A DNA stretch of 64,000 nt from Pelagomonas calceolata. Taxonomy: Eukaryota. This document shows positions 10,320 to 20,791 of the stretch, piece by piece; the stretch's first letter is position 1, and each line of letters starts with the position of its first letter. Both the position numbers and the translations under genes were made by a program. The notes beneath the pieces were generated by a model, which saw nothing but the letters and a program-made list of their open reading frames with translations, was not told the origin of the DNA and made no database searches. The stretch lies in contig CAKKNE010000003.1 in the NCBI GenBank assembly GCA_918797485.1, positions 744,001 to 808,000 of the forward strand, in the 5' to 3' direction.

Positions 10320-11666
10320 TTACTGCGTCGTCCCCGCCGTCTCCGCCCGCTTCTGCTCGACGAATTTCTTCTTCACCCGCTTTGGCTTCGCGTCGTGGAA
10401 ATCTGTAGGGAAGAGCGCCGACGCGTCCGCGGCCAATTTTTTCAGTTCCGCGAGTTCCTTCTTCGTCGCGAAGCGGTCGCGCTCGAAGAGCTTGCACGTG
10501 TCCCGGCCGAGCTTGAGCACGAGGGGCGGTTCCGTGTCCGCGTACAAGGTTTTCAACGCTCCGCAAACGGCCCGGACGCACTTTTCGCGCTCGTCCCGCA
10601 GCTCCTGCTGCAGTCGCCAGACCGCGGCCCGGACGCCGTGGCCCGTGATCTCCTTCGGCGTCTTCGGCAGCAGCCGCGGCGCGTTCTTGATCAAGAATTG
10701 GATGTCCTCGAGTTCCAGCGGCAACTCGTCCCCAGATGCGTCCTCGGGCCGCTCCTCGAGCTTGCGCGGGTCCTGGTAGATGGCCTTGATGTACTTCTCG
10801 ACGTGCGTCGGGTCGATGACGTCGTAGTACAGCGCGCGCATCTTGAGTTCGAGCTCGGCCTGTAACTTTTTCTTTTCGTTGTCTCGCCGCAGCGCGACGA
10901 ACTTGGCTCGGATGCGGGCCGCGTGGTTCTTCGGGAAATCCGAGGACGGGTCCTTCGGCATCAACCGGTCGCAGTGCCGCACGACGTTTTTCATCTCCGC
11001 CGGCAGGGGGAACGCGTCGGCAATCGCGTCGACTAACATGGAAATGCGGTCGCGGTGGGCCGGGTCGTCCGCGATCTCCAGGTACACGCCGGCGCAGGCC
11101 TTCTCGAACAAGGCCTCGCGAAGCGTTGCCCGCTTGTCCATCAGGTCCAGGTGCGCGACGAGCTTCGGCGTGTCCCACGGGTCCGCGTAGATGTCGGCCT
11201 TTTTGAGGTCCTCCATCAGCGGCGTGTCCGTCAGGTCGATCTCGTGCCACTCCTCCAGGCGGCCCAGCTCCCGCGGCAGCGCGACCATCTTCGTCTCCCG
11301 CACGTCCAGGACCCGCAGCTTCTTGCACAGGTGGAGCTCCGGCGGCAGGCTCGTGAGCGGGTTGTTGTTCAGCCACAGCTGCTCCAGATTCTGGAGCTGG
11401 CCCACCGCCGGGCTCAGCAGCGCGATCTCGTTCAGGCCAAAGTCGAGGCGCGTCAGGTGGTTCATGGTGAAGACGCAGTCCGGGATCTTCAGCACGTGGA
11501 GCAAATTCACGTGCAGGTACGTGCTCTTCTCCGAGAGCTTGTACCGCGGTTCCAGGTTGGGGAAGTTGTCCAGCATCGTGATGCCCACGGACTTGGGCGT
11601 CGGCGTCACGAACTTGCCCATCTTGTTCCGCAGGATGGACGGCCTCCCGTCGGACCCCACCTCCAT
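10320..11666 (-). CDS. Leucine-rich repeat protein
   Basis: LxxLxLxxNxL repeats (LEQLWLNNNPLTSLPPEL). Likely start MEVGSDG; the longer track ORF extends into the neighbouring gene. Confidence 0.85.
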   Translation of the reverse strand: MEVGSDGRPSILRNKMGKFVTPTPKSVGITMLDNFPNLEPRYKLSEKSTYLHVNLLHVLKIPDCVFTMNHLTRLDFGLNEIALLSPAVGQLQNLEQLWLNNNPLTSLPPELHLCKKLRVLDVRETKMVALPRELGRLEEWHEIDLTDTPLMEDLKKADIYADPWDTPKLVAHLDLMDKRATLREALFEKACAGVYLEIADDPAHRDRISMLVDAIADAFPLPAEMKNVVRHCDRLMPKDPSSDFPKNHAARIRAKFVALRRDNEKKKLQAELELKMRALYYDVIDPTHVEKYIKAIYQDPRKLEERPEDASGDELPLELEDIQFLIKNAPRLLPKTPKEITGHGVRAAVWRLQQELRDEREKCVRAVCGALKTLYADTEPPLVLKLGRDTCKLFERDRFATKKELAELKKLAADASALFPTDFHDAKPKRVKKKFVEQKRAETAGTTQ

Positions 11667-11992
11667 GGCTTTATCTCTGGTTGGTGTGGCGTCGACGCCG
11701 CGCCCGGTGTGTCCTGCCTTTACTCGACGCCGCGCTCGGTCCTCGTGCGTGCTGGCAGCCGCTGTGTCCTCTTGTGCTGCGAGTTGCTGTGTCGGCGAAG
11801 ATGCTGCCTCGTCGATCGTAGTGTGTCCGATCGCGTGGTGCGCGCCTTGGCAGCCCAAAGACGCGGCGCCGCTGTGCGCCTGCCAAGCCTGCCCAAAATG
11901 GACGAGCGGGCTAGCGCTCCCAGCACTCTTCGCAGCGCTCCAGTACTCATGCAGGATAAGGACAATCACATTACCAAACAGAGCGCGGGTTT

Positions 11993-12619
11993 TCAGACGG
12001 GCTCGAGAGGAATCTCGAAGCGCCGGTGGCCCGCTTTTACAATCACAGAATCGACGTCCACGTCGACGACGTCGCCGCCGGCGTCCGAGTCCGAGTCCGA
12101 GGACGCGTCCGAGCCGTCGCGCGACCGCGAACGTTCGTCGTCGTCGTCGTCGTCGCCCTCCGCGACGGAAAGGTGGAAGCGCCGCTCGGCGAAATAGGGC
12201 TCGCGACCGAAAGCGCCGAGCGCCTCGTCCGCCGCGTCGACGACGGCCGCGAGCGCGCTCGACGGCCGGACCGCGAGCGCGTCGAAGGTCCGCGCGCCGT
12301 CCTCGCTCTGGAGCTTGAGCAATGTGCCGTCGATGGCGATGCAAAACGGCCGGCAGCAGCGCGCCGCCAGCGCGGATGTCAATTTCTTGACGAACGGGTC
12401 GATCTCGTGCGCGTAGAGGCCGAACGGGCGCGAGGCCGAGACGTGCGCGTTTCGGCACAGATCGCGCGGCGGCCTCGACGTCGCTTTTGCAGCGATGGCG
12501 ACGAGGCGCCGCGAGCGCGGCACGGCGACGTAGACCAGGCCGTGCCAGCGGCCGCGTCTGTGCTGCGGCACGTCGTCGACCGCTTGTTTTGGTCCAAGGG
12601 CCGGCGGCGGCAGCGACAT
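11993..12619 (-). CDS. USB1: U6 snRNA phosphodiesterase (2H phosphoesterase, HVSL family)
   Basis: Two HxS motifs (AHVSASRPF, FHLSVAEG); GRWHGLVY near the N-terminus; C-terminal VKAGHRRFEIPL. Confidence 0.8.
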   Translation of the reverse strand: MSLPPPALGPKQAVDDVPQHRRGRWHGLVYVAVPRSRRLVAIAAKATSRPPRDLCRNAHVSASRPFGLYAHEIDPFVKKLTSALAARCCRPFCIAIDGTLLKLQSEDGARTFDALAVRPSSALAAVVDAADEALGAFGREPYFAERRFHLSVAEGDDDDDDERSRSRDGSDASSDSDSDAGGDVVDVDVDSVIVKAGHRRFEIPLEPV

Positions 12620-13162
12620 TGTAGAAGCCCGCCAGCCCGTGAAACTTTCTACAGAGCACCGGCGCACTGCCTGGAAACTCTGACGCAAATGATGTGAAAT
12701 CTGGTTAGGTTTTAACGCATTTTGAGCCGGTTTTTCATGGCACGCTCTCCTTGTCTGAACCCGTTTTAATTTTGCAGATGAATTTGATCCGTACCATGCG
12801 CGGTTTTTGCACCCCCAGGCTTCTCTACCATCCCGTAAGAGTCCAAAAAAATACACAAAGCAGTGGGAGAAGGACTTTTCATTCTGGTGCATTTTTGGCT
12901 TGTGAAGCTTGCCATTCGTCTTCAGCCGTTGCTAGAGGGTTCATACGCTTCTAAGAAACACACCGAATACTCTACGTGGGTTTTGTTTGGGAACTAGTGA
13001 GCACGGGCGTCGTGCGAAGCGGATAGGCACTAAAGTTGCTAAAGTTTAGTGATTTTAGCAGCGCCTCCGTCGCCACGGCAAAATCACAGCCTGGGAGCCC
13101 CCTCGACCAGCCCTAGGCCCCGGTGGCAGCCTGGAGAATACCGATTTGACGAGCCTCCAACG

Positions 13163-15145
13163 ATGCCCCGCGCAAGCGGGGCGAAGAGCGATGCGTTAGA
13201 GAGCAAAGTCGCTGAACATCCGGCGGGAGCTTCAGAGAAGGTCTCGAGGACCAAGAGCCCGTCCAATGCCTCTTCCAGCGCCGTGCCCTTGCAGAGTCTT
13301 ATAACAACCCGGCCGGGCTGCGAGAAACGGGGGGAAAGTGCCCTCGCGCCGCCGACCGCGTCGGCAATCCCGATTGCGCCCGCATGGGAAACTCCCACAG
13401 CCAACGCTGGAGTCGTCCCTCCGGCGGGCCCAGAAATCGACCCCTCCACCCCTGCCGACCCCCAAAATCCACCAACAAAAGCCAGACCACCTCGCCGGCG
13501 CCCGCCGCGCGACACCCGCGGAAGAAGCCAATAACCGCCACCGACGCAGGCCGCCGCCGGCCGCAAGTCGCCCCACGGCCGCAAGACGCCGACCTCCTCG
13601 CGCACGCCGAGCCCCTGCTTCGAGAAGGAGCGCCAGGCCGCCGCGCGGAAGAAGAGCGCGCAGACTAGCATCAAGTCCGCGCAGTCGGCCTTCCGCCCGC
13701 CCGACGCCCAGGCGAAGAAGAAGAAGGCGCCCTCGAAGAAGCCGTCGCCCTATAGCCAGCAGCCGCGGAAGGCGCCTTTGCCTAGAGCGCCTAGGGCGCC
13801 GTTGCCGGGCCGACGGGGACGAGCTTCGTCCCTCGAGGTCGTCGAGGAGGACCCGGCCAAGAATGAGGAGGGCGACTCGACCGACGATGATGGCGAGCTG
13901 CGATCCATCACCGCGGGCTTGGCTCCCGGCCGCCACCAGGTCGTGCCGACGCGGGCGAAGCCGCCGCCGCCGCCGAAGCAGGCCTCGTCGCCTTCTTCTA
14001 GACGAGGTGCGCGGTCGCCGGCCTCACCCGCGCCCGGTTCAAAGCCGAAGAAGCGCGCGCCGTCGCCTCGACAAAAGTCGCCTACCTCCGAGGCGCCTCT
14101 GAGGGCGTCCCTGAAACGTGTGTTAGCTGCCGAGGAGATGGCTCCGTTTACCACGAAGCAGTCGCTCGAGGAAATCGAACAACTCCAAAATTTACTAGAT
14201 CAGAAGAAGTCGCAACTCCTGCGGAGCGCCGACCCATCACCGACTCCCCATGAAGAGGACGAGAAAAAAGATGACGAGGAGGTGGCTCGAAGCGCATTAG
14301 GCCGACTGACGGAGATGTCGCGACGCTTAGCCGACGCGTCGAAGAACGTGGACCAAGCTGATGCGGATGCGGCCCATGACGCGGCGCTCGAGGCCGCGGA
14401 GGACGAGGAGGTCGCGTCCATCGTGAGCGGACCGAAGCACGTCTACGGCGGGAGCATCTCTTCGAGTGGCCAACCATCATCGGACACGCAAGTCGACGCG
14501 TTCACGGAGTCGATCCTCCAGTCAAAAAGGGACGAAATTGTACATACAAGTGCCCCTACCGGCGAGTCCGATAGCGACCGACCGGTCGCGCCCAACGACA
14601 AGATGTTCTCGTCGGCCTATGGAGCTTGGGTAGCTAAAAGTAGACCTACCAAGAAGGAGGCTTCCGGTCGGCAGCCGCCGGTCCACGAGACCTTTGGACT
14701 TGGGGTTAGTACGGAGGATGAATACGCTCCACTATCTTTTCGGGTACTAGATGATCTGGAAGAGCGAACGGGCATCCAGGAACGGCCGAGACCACCTCAT
14801 ATTGACGTGAACCCGCCGCGACGGTCGCTGGACGGCTGGCGGCGGCCGCCCTCCTTCCGATCGTTTGCTTCGACCTCCCCGGAAACCGTGATATCGTCGG
14901 TCAGTGACTACACGACGTGGAGCTGCGCCTCGCCGCGGTCGCCGAACCACGTCGAGTTTACGTATCGACCGCCGCCGGAGTTCGTGCCTAGAATTCGGCT
15001 CGAAGCTCTACGGTCACCGCGATCCTCGGGCGACTTGCAGGCCTTCAGCCCGGACCCGGCCAAGTCCGTGTCCTCTCTCTATAGTCCGCGGTCGGCGTTC
15101 ACGCCTCGGAGCGACGCGTCCGCGCGGGGGCGGCCCAAAGAGTGA
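13163..15145 (+). CDS. Uncharacterised low-complexity Ser/Pro/Lys-rich protein with one intron (acceptor 13549, donor unresolved)
   Basis: ORFs 13049-13534 and 13535-15145 share a frame. The single TAA sits in AATAAC...GACGCAG, which looks like a branch point plus acceptor. Confidence 0.55.
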
Positions 15146-15212
15146 TCCCTGGTCTCGGGGGGACTCGCGTAACGGCCACTCATGTTCCTTGCGTAGTCAT
15201 ACTTAGGTGTTC

Positions 15213-17093
15213 CTACGTCTCGCCCTCCGGCGCCCAGGGCTCGGCCTCCATCATACGCGCTTCGAGGAGCCTCCGATGATGTTCCGCGAGGAGCGCGACG
15301 ACCTTTTTCTTATTACTGTTGTATACAGCCGAGTCGCCCTCTTCTTTTGCGGCGTCCAGCGGCGTCGTACCGAGCTTGTCCGCCTTATTAACGTCCGCGC
15401 CCTTATCTAACAATAACCGCACCACGTCGACGTAGCCCGCCCGGCAGGCCATGAATAGCGGCGTCTCATCGTCATTGTTCGCCCGATCGACCTCCGCGCC
15501 TTTTTCCAGCAGCAGCCGCGCCACGTCGACGCGGCCGCCCTCGCAGGCGATCCATAGCGGCGTCTGACCGCTCTCCTTTGCCCGGTCGACCTCCGCGCCT
15601 TTCTCCAGCAGCAGCCGCGCCGCGTAGGTTTTGCCCTGCTGACAGGCGATGAACAGCGGCGTCGCGCCATCCTCATTCGCCCGATTGATGTCCGCCCTTT
15701 CGTCCAGCAGCAGCCGCGCCAGGTAGACGTGGCCGTTCTGGCAGGCGATGTACAGCGCGCCGCCCCGATCGACCTCCGCGCCTTTGTCCAGCAGCAGCCG
15801 CGCCGCATCGACGTGGCCGTTGTAGCAGGCGGAGAACAGCGGCGTCGCACCGTACTTATTCGCCCGATTAACGTCCGCACCGTTGTCCAGCAGCAGCCGC
15901 GCCGCGTCGACGTGGCCCTGAAGGCAGGCGACGTACAGCGGCGTCCAGCCGTCCTTGTTCGCCCGATTAACGTCCGCACCGTTGTCCAGCAGCAGCCGCG
16001 CCGCGTCGACGTGGCCCTGAAGGCAGGCGACGTACAGCGGCGTCCAGCCGTCCTTGTTCGCCCGATTAACGTCCGCGCCTTTGTCCAGCAGCAGCCGCGC
16101 CGCGTCGACGTGACCCTTCTCACAGGCGGCGTACAGCGGCGTCGTGCCGTCATCATTCGCCCGATCGACCTCCGCTTCCAGGACGGCCTCGCCCTCCACC
16201 ACCACGCCTTCCGTACTCGTCGGTGGCGGCGGTGACACGCCGAGCTTCTCGTAGTCGGCGCTGTAGCACTCGTGCTCCTCCGCCGTTGGCTGCAGCAGGA
16301 AGCGCGCTGCGCTTGCCGACAGCATTGTGCGCACCGCGTCAGCGTCTTTCGCCGCGATGGCGGAGCGCACTCTGGTGGACGAGAAGCTGGCGACGTCGCC
16401 CGCCGCCGGCTGGGCAATGTAAGGTCCCCAGCCGGCGACGGCGCGCGCGGCGGACGGCATGTCGCCCGCGCGCGGCACGACGACGGTGCCGACGCCGGCG
16501 GCGTGCTTCAGCCCGCCGCCGTACAGGCCGCATTTTTGCGCGTGGTCGGTGCCGCAGACGTAGAAGACTCGCGCGTCGCGCAGTCGCGAGAGCGCGCCAT
16601 CCTCGAGGACGGCGAGCGCATGCAGCCGCTCGCGCAGCGCCTTGGCCACCAAGGGGTAGTCCGGCCAATCGCCCGGCTGCTGCGCCTCCCACGCACCCAC
16701 GGCCACGAGCCGGTCGTCCTCTGTGGCATGATCCGCGAGCTTGAGCCGGAACGCCGCGCTGAGCCCGACGGTGCGCAGGCTCCACGCCTTGGGCTGCACG
16801 TAGCCGTCGTGGCTCGGCGAGACCCACGCGCCCACCACTTCAAAGCCGTCCTCCTGCAGACGCGCCGCCGCTTGGTGCAGCATCTGGGCGTGGCCGGCGT
16901 GCGGCGGGTTCATGGCGCCAGTCGTGACCACCGCCGCTAGCGGCGCCTCCGCAGGCGCAGCGGCGAGCCGCTCTCTTAGCTTGGCGAGCGGCCAGTCCTC
17001 CATGTCCGTTTCCGGGACGACCTCGCTCTCCACCACCACGCGTTCCGTGACGGGTTCGCGCGCCGGCTCCGCAGAGGATGATGTACAACCCAT
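15213..17093 (-). CDS. NMN adenylyltransferase-like nucleotidyltransferase fused to about 8-9 ankyrin repeats
   Basis: Motifs TTGAMNPPHAGH (HxGH), SPSHDGYV, YVCGTDH and FSSTRVR; ankyrin GxTPLxxAC repeats; N-terminal MGCTSS acylation motif. Confidence 0.85.
   Translation of the reverse strand: MGCTSSSAEPAREPVTERVVVESEVVPETDMEDWPLAKLRERLAAAPAEAPLAAVVTTGAMNPPHAGHAQMLHQAAARLQEDGFEVVGAWVSPSHDGYVQPKAWSLRTVGLSAAFRLKLADHATEDDRLVAVGAWEAQQPGDWPDYPLVAKALRERLHALAVLEDGALSRLRDARVFYVCGTDHAQKCGLYGGGLKHAAGVGTVVVPRAGDMPSAARAVAGWGPYIAQPAAGDVASFSSTRVRSAIAAKDADAVRTMLSASAARFLLQPTAEEHECYSADYEKLGVSPPPPTSTEGVVVEGEAVLEAEVDRANDDGTTPLYAACEKGHVDAARLLLDKGADVNRANKDGWTPLYVACLQGHVDAARLLLDNGADVNRANKDGWTPLYVACLQGHVDAARLLLDNGADVNRANKYGATPLFSACYNGHVDAARLLLDKGAEVDRGGALYIACQNGHVYLARLLLDERADINRANEDGATPLFIACQQGKTYAARLLLEKGAEVDRAKESGQTPLWIACEGGRVDVARLLLEKGAEVDRANNDDETPLFMACRAGYVDVVRLLLDKGADVNKADKLGTTPLDAAKEEGDSAVYNSNKKKVVALLAEHHRRLLEARMMEAEPWAPEGET
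15859..16076 (-). repeat. Exact 99-bp tandem duplication of one ankyrin unit
   Basis: The unit NKDGWTPLYVACLQGHVDAARLLLDNGADVNRA is repeated identically at DNA level. Confidence 0.9.
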
Positions 17094-17317
17094 CGTTAGA
17101 GATCTAGCGGGGCAGCCGGGATGCTTTTGCGAGCGTCGGGCAGCTGGCTGTTGCCCTAATTATATCAAAGACCCAGCTCTAATGCAGTCTCCAGCATAGC
17201 GGCGCTGCAGGCGCAGGATCTTGGCAGACATCTGGCAGACCCGCACGACGGGGAATATCCGAGGCCCGGAGTCCGAGGCACCAGAGGAGTAGGCAGAAAC
17301 GTCTTAGTCGGGGGAAC

Positions 17318-18556
17318 CTAGTACACGGCCGTCCGCGGCCGCCTCGCCGCCGGGCGGTTCCCGTAGCGCACCTGGAGCTCCTTGTTCTTCGCCTCGGCGC
17401 GCTTGAGCTGGGCCTGGAGCTTCGCGAGCTCCTTCTTGCGCTCGACGTCGCGGGTCCGGTACTTGCGGAGCGCCGCGGCCTGGAGGTCGAGGGCCCGCGC
17501 CGGCCGCGGCGTTTGTTGTTTCGCGGGCGTGCCTTCGCCCTCCAACAGCTCCAGCGCGTCCTTCTGGGGCGACGGCGTCGCCACGCGCAGCGGCCGCGGT
17601 GGCGACAGCGCGGCCATCTTGACCGGCGACGGTAAATCGGTAGGCGTCACCGGCGCGGCGGTCTTGCGCGGTGTGGGCGTCTCGGACTTCCGCCGCAGGG
17701 CCTTGACCTCCCTTTCTAGACGATCCCGCTCCTTCAACAGCACACAGACGTGCTTCTCCTTCTGGGCCCGCGCGTGGTCGAGCACGTCCCTTCCCTTCCG
17801 CTCCGTCTCCCAGAGCTTCTCGAGGCGGCCGCACTTCGTCTCGAGGGCCGTCTTCGCCTTGAGCAAGTCGACGACCTCGTGTTCGGAGTGCGTCAGCCTG
17901 TGTGGAAATCAATCAGTGTGTCGAGACGACTCCGTCCAGCGGTGAGGAACCGACAGCGCCACGCCATCGAGCAGATATCATGAAGATGGCGTGGAGGTCG
18001 ACGCGACGATTCAGCACGAACGTCAAAATTTTCGCACAGGCGCCAACCGCGCCGCCGTCTCGGCGAGGCGCCGCGTGCACTGGTCGCTGCACGCGTTGGC
18101 GATGCGCGCCTCGTGTCTCGACACATTTTTCATAAAGTGCGCCGCGAGGGCGTCCTCGGTCGCCATTCTAGAATTCTCCTGGGCCGCGCGGAGCTGGCTC
18201 CGCATCCTCAGGCGCTCGTTCTGCGCCGACGGCGCCTCGGCCCGAGCTTCGGCGTGCGCGCACCGCACTTGTAGGTTAGCATTCGCCTGCTCGAGCTCCA
18301 ACAATCGAGCTTCTTTGGCCGCCCAGCTCCCGCCTAATGTCAGGCCGTTGCCCAGGTCGCGCGTGTAGGTCGTGTGGCGCGTGCGGTCCTCAACCACCAC
18401 ATCGTGCTTCCGGAGGCCCGGCGTCGGGCGCATCACGAGCGACGGCCGCGGCTCCGGTTCTTTATTTTGGGGCGTCGGCGGCGCCGCGGCGGCGGCGGCG
18501 ACGGCAGCGCGGCGGCGCCGCGGCGGCGGCGGCAGCGCGTGCGCCTTGAGCCGCAT
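17318..18556 (-). CDS. Uncharacterised coiled-coil protein, 2 exons (18556-18048, 17897-17318)
   Basis: Two coiled-coil ORFs join in frame once the introner is removed (ETAAR|LTHSEHEVV). Confidence 0.75.
17898..18047 (-). mobile_element. Introner-type GT-AG intron (150 bp)
   Basis: TSD GTTGGCGC/GCTGACGC; TIRs CTGTGCGAAAATT ... TTGATTTCCACACAG. Confidence 0.9.
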
Positions 18557-18830
18557 GTTTGTTGCTTGCGGTTGACCGTCGTTTGCGCCACACCCACGGC
18601 TCCGGGCGCGGCGCAGCTCGCTCCCGGCGGTCTGGGGGCTGCGGGCGTACTCTCGGCGGCGCGCGACGGCGGATGAAGCCGTCCGTGGGCTGCCCGTCGC
18701 ACCAACGTTTACGAACTTGCCGGGGCAGCAAGCTGGTGCGGCGCGCGAGCGAGCCGGCCGTGGGCATTTCGTTGCTCGCTGCCGAACGGCTCGTCGGCCG
18801 CAGGCATGGCTGGCGGGAGCGCTTCGTTGA

Positions 18831-18855
18831 TTGCTAGTGTCTTACTGGAGCTATG
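18831..18855 (-). promoter_or_regulatory. Recurrent upstream motif (GTAAGACACTAGC)
   Basis: TTGCTAGTGTCTTAC lies between divergent genes. Confidence 0.6.
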
Positions 18856-19050
18856 GGCTCGACAACACCGACGCCGCGCGCGCCTGCTTGCGGATCTGCG
18901 AAGCCTCGCTCTGTGCTGCTTTAGCGCATCACTCCCACACGAGTCGCCGTTTCAACTCCTGAAACGCTGCGACTGCATACGTTTTTCAGCCCTCATCCCT
19001 GCTGCTCATCATTTCAGCAGCACACACAGCGAAGGCGCCCTCGAGAGAAG

Positions 19051-19986
19051 ATGTCGGAGCCCTTCGTCGGCAGAAGAGTAGAAATCACGGGCACGAGCCG
19101 CGCCGACCTGAATGGCAAGCGCGGCACCGCTATCAGTTTCGACACGGACAAAGGGAGGTACCGCGTCCGCGTCCGCGGCAGCGACATGTACCTCAAACCG
19201 AGCAACCTGCTCCCCGTGCCGGAGACGGGCGCGCCCTCGAGCTTTGCGGACGTCAGGGACCAGGCCGAGCAGTACGCCGACGAATTCATGAGTCGTTTAA
19301 AAGACGTGCTGCCTCCCGGCTTCGCCCCCCGCGACGCCCTCTTCGCCATCGTGGGCTTCGCGCTGCTCTGGCGAACGGCGGGCCTGGTGCGTGCTGCGGC
19401 TGTATTGCTCGTCACGGTCTTAGCTCTCTTCTCCGGCGCGCGGGAGGCCTACGCCAAAGCCGGCGGCGGCGTCAAGGGCGCCAGGGCCGGTTTTGACGCG
19501 GCCGGCACCTTCGCGGCGAAGGAGGTGTCGCGGCGGGCGGGCCGGCCCATCACCTCGAAGCAGGCATGGGTAGGCCTGGCCTTGTTAGTATTGCTGGCGT
19601 ACCAGTTCGGAGGCAAGGCGGCGCCGCGGCGGTCTACCTACAAGCCACCGCGGAGCGCCTACGAGCCGTCCGGGGGCTCATCGTGCGCCGACGCCTACCG
19701 GCGGGGCTTCGACGACGCCACGGCGGGCCGAAAATACGACGCGGACGCCGGCGGCGAGGCGTACGACGATGAGCCCGAGGCGGGCCACGAGCCGTCGGGT
19801 GGCATGGGTTCGGCGCTGCTGAGCAAGGGCCTGCCACTCTTCTTCTTCGGCAAGCAGGTCCACCAGCTCGGCGGGAGCCCGTGGAACCCGCAGGTCGCTC
19901 AGAGGAACTTCATGGCCCTCGACCCGATGCGCAAGGCCATGTTTGGCTTCCTGGTCCTGCGGCTCCTCGGCCTGTCGCCGCTCTAG
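19051..19986 (+). CDS. Membrane protein with an N-terminal SH3/KOW-like beta domain
   Basis: VGRRVEITGTSRADLNGKRG...GRYRVR...LKPSNL module followed by hydrophobic helices. Confidence 0.7.
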   Translation: MSEPFVGRRVEITGTSRADLNGKRGTAISFDTDKGRYRVRVRGSDMYLKPSNLLPVPETGAPSSFADVRDQAEQYADEFMSRLKDVLPPGFAPRDALFAIVGFALLWRTAGLVRAAAVLLVTVLALFSGAREAYAKAGGGVKGARAGFDAAGTFAAKEVSRRAGRPITSKQAWVGLALLVLLAYQFGGKAAPRRSTYKPPRSAYEPSGGSSCADAYRRGFDDATAGRKYDADAGGEAYDDEPEAGHEPSGGMGSALLSKGLPLFFFGKQVHQLGGSPWNPQVAQRNFMALDPMRKAMFGFLVLRLLGLSPL

Positions 19987-20060
19987 TACTTGAGGCCGTT
20001 CGGGCTCCGCGCAGGACGGTACCGGTGTGACTGATAGTAAAATACAAAGTTTTAGCAGTC

Positions 20061-20565
20061 TCAAAGGGGCTGGCACGTGTACTCCTGCGTCTCGACGGCC
20101 GATATGCCCTCGATGGCCGAGAGCTTGGAGATGAACTCCTGCTCCGGCGCGTAGTCCGACGCTTTCCACGCGTCGTGGTCGGCGCAGGGTTGATTGACCA
20201 CGATCTTGAAATCGTGGCAGCCACCGCACATCACGCGCGTCACCTCCGCGTTCGGTAAGGCCTTGAGCGTGGGCAGATAAGACTGGAGCAGTTCTTCGGC
20301 CGCTTTGAGCGAGGCCGAGTTGGCGGGGCCGCCTTCGCCGTCGGCGGCGTATTTGCAGCGCCACTCGCGGGCGACCTTGTCGAAGGTGATGTTGCAACCT
20401 GTGGTTCGGTGGTCAATAGTTTTAGGTCCACAAGCCGGCGCGCGCGGCCCAGCCACCAGTAACGCGCGCGCGTCGCGGAGAAGGAGTGGACTAAAGGCCA
20501 CCACTTCCAAACTCGAATATACGTATCAATGAGACGCTGCAAATTGTACCAGGTATGGTCGGCAT
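20061..20565 (-). CDS. Small uncharacterised CxxC-containing protein, 2 exons (20565-20550, 20398-20061; 117 aa)
   Basis: MPTIPG|CNITFDKVAREWRCKY...RVMCGGCHDFKIVV; GT-AG intron 20399-20549 keeps frame. Confidence 0.7.
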
Positions 20566-20649
20566 GGTGCGAGAAGAGATGCGATGGACAGTTGGTGCAC
20601 GACGTGTGAGGGAGGCGAGCATAGGGCAAAAAACTTGTGCTGCGCTGGA

Positions 20650-20675
20650 GCTAGCGCATGTAAGACACTAGCAAG
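20650..20675 (+). promoter_or_regulatory. Recurrent upstream motif
   Basis: GCTAGCGCATGTAAGACACTAGCAAG lies between divergent genes. Confidence 0.65.
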
Positions 20676-20791
20676 CGACGCAGCTGAAAATCAGCTTGTG
20701 GGGCGGCATAACTAGGCTCGAGCGCTGACAACCATCGTAGGACTCCACCACACGTGCCGAAGACAGCCGTGCGATCTGTGCGATCTGTGCG

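Noticed and set aside
11667..12659. N-terminal extension of the 779-aa LRR ORF
   Set aside because: It overlaps USB1 in another frame and is Arg-rich nonsense; the plausible start is at 11666.
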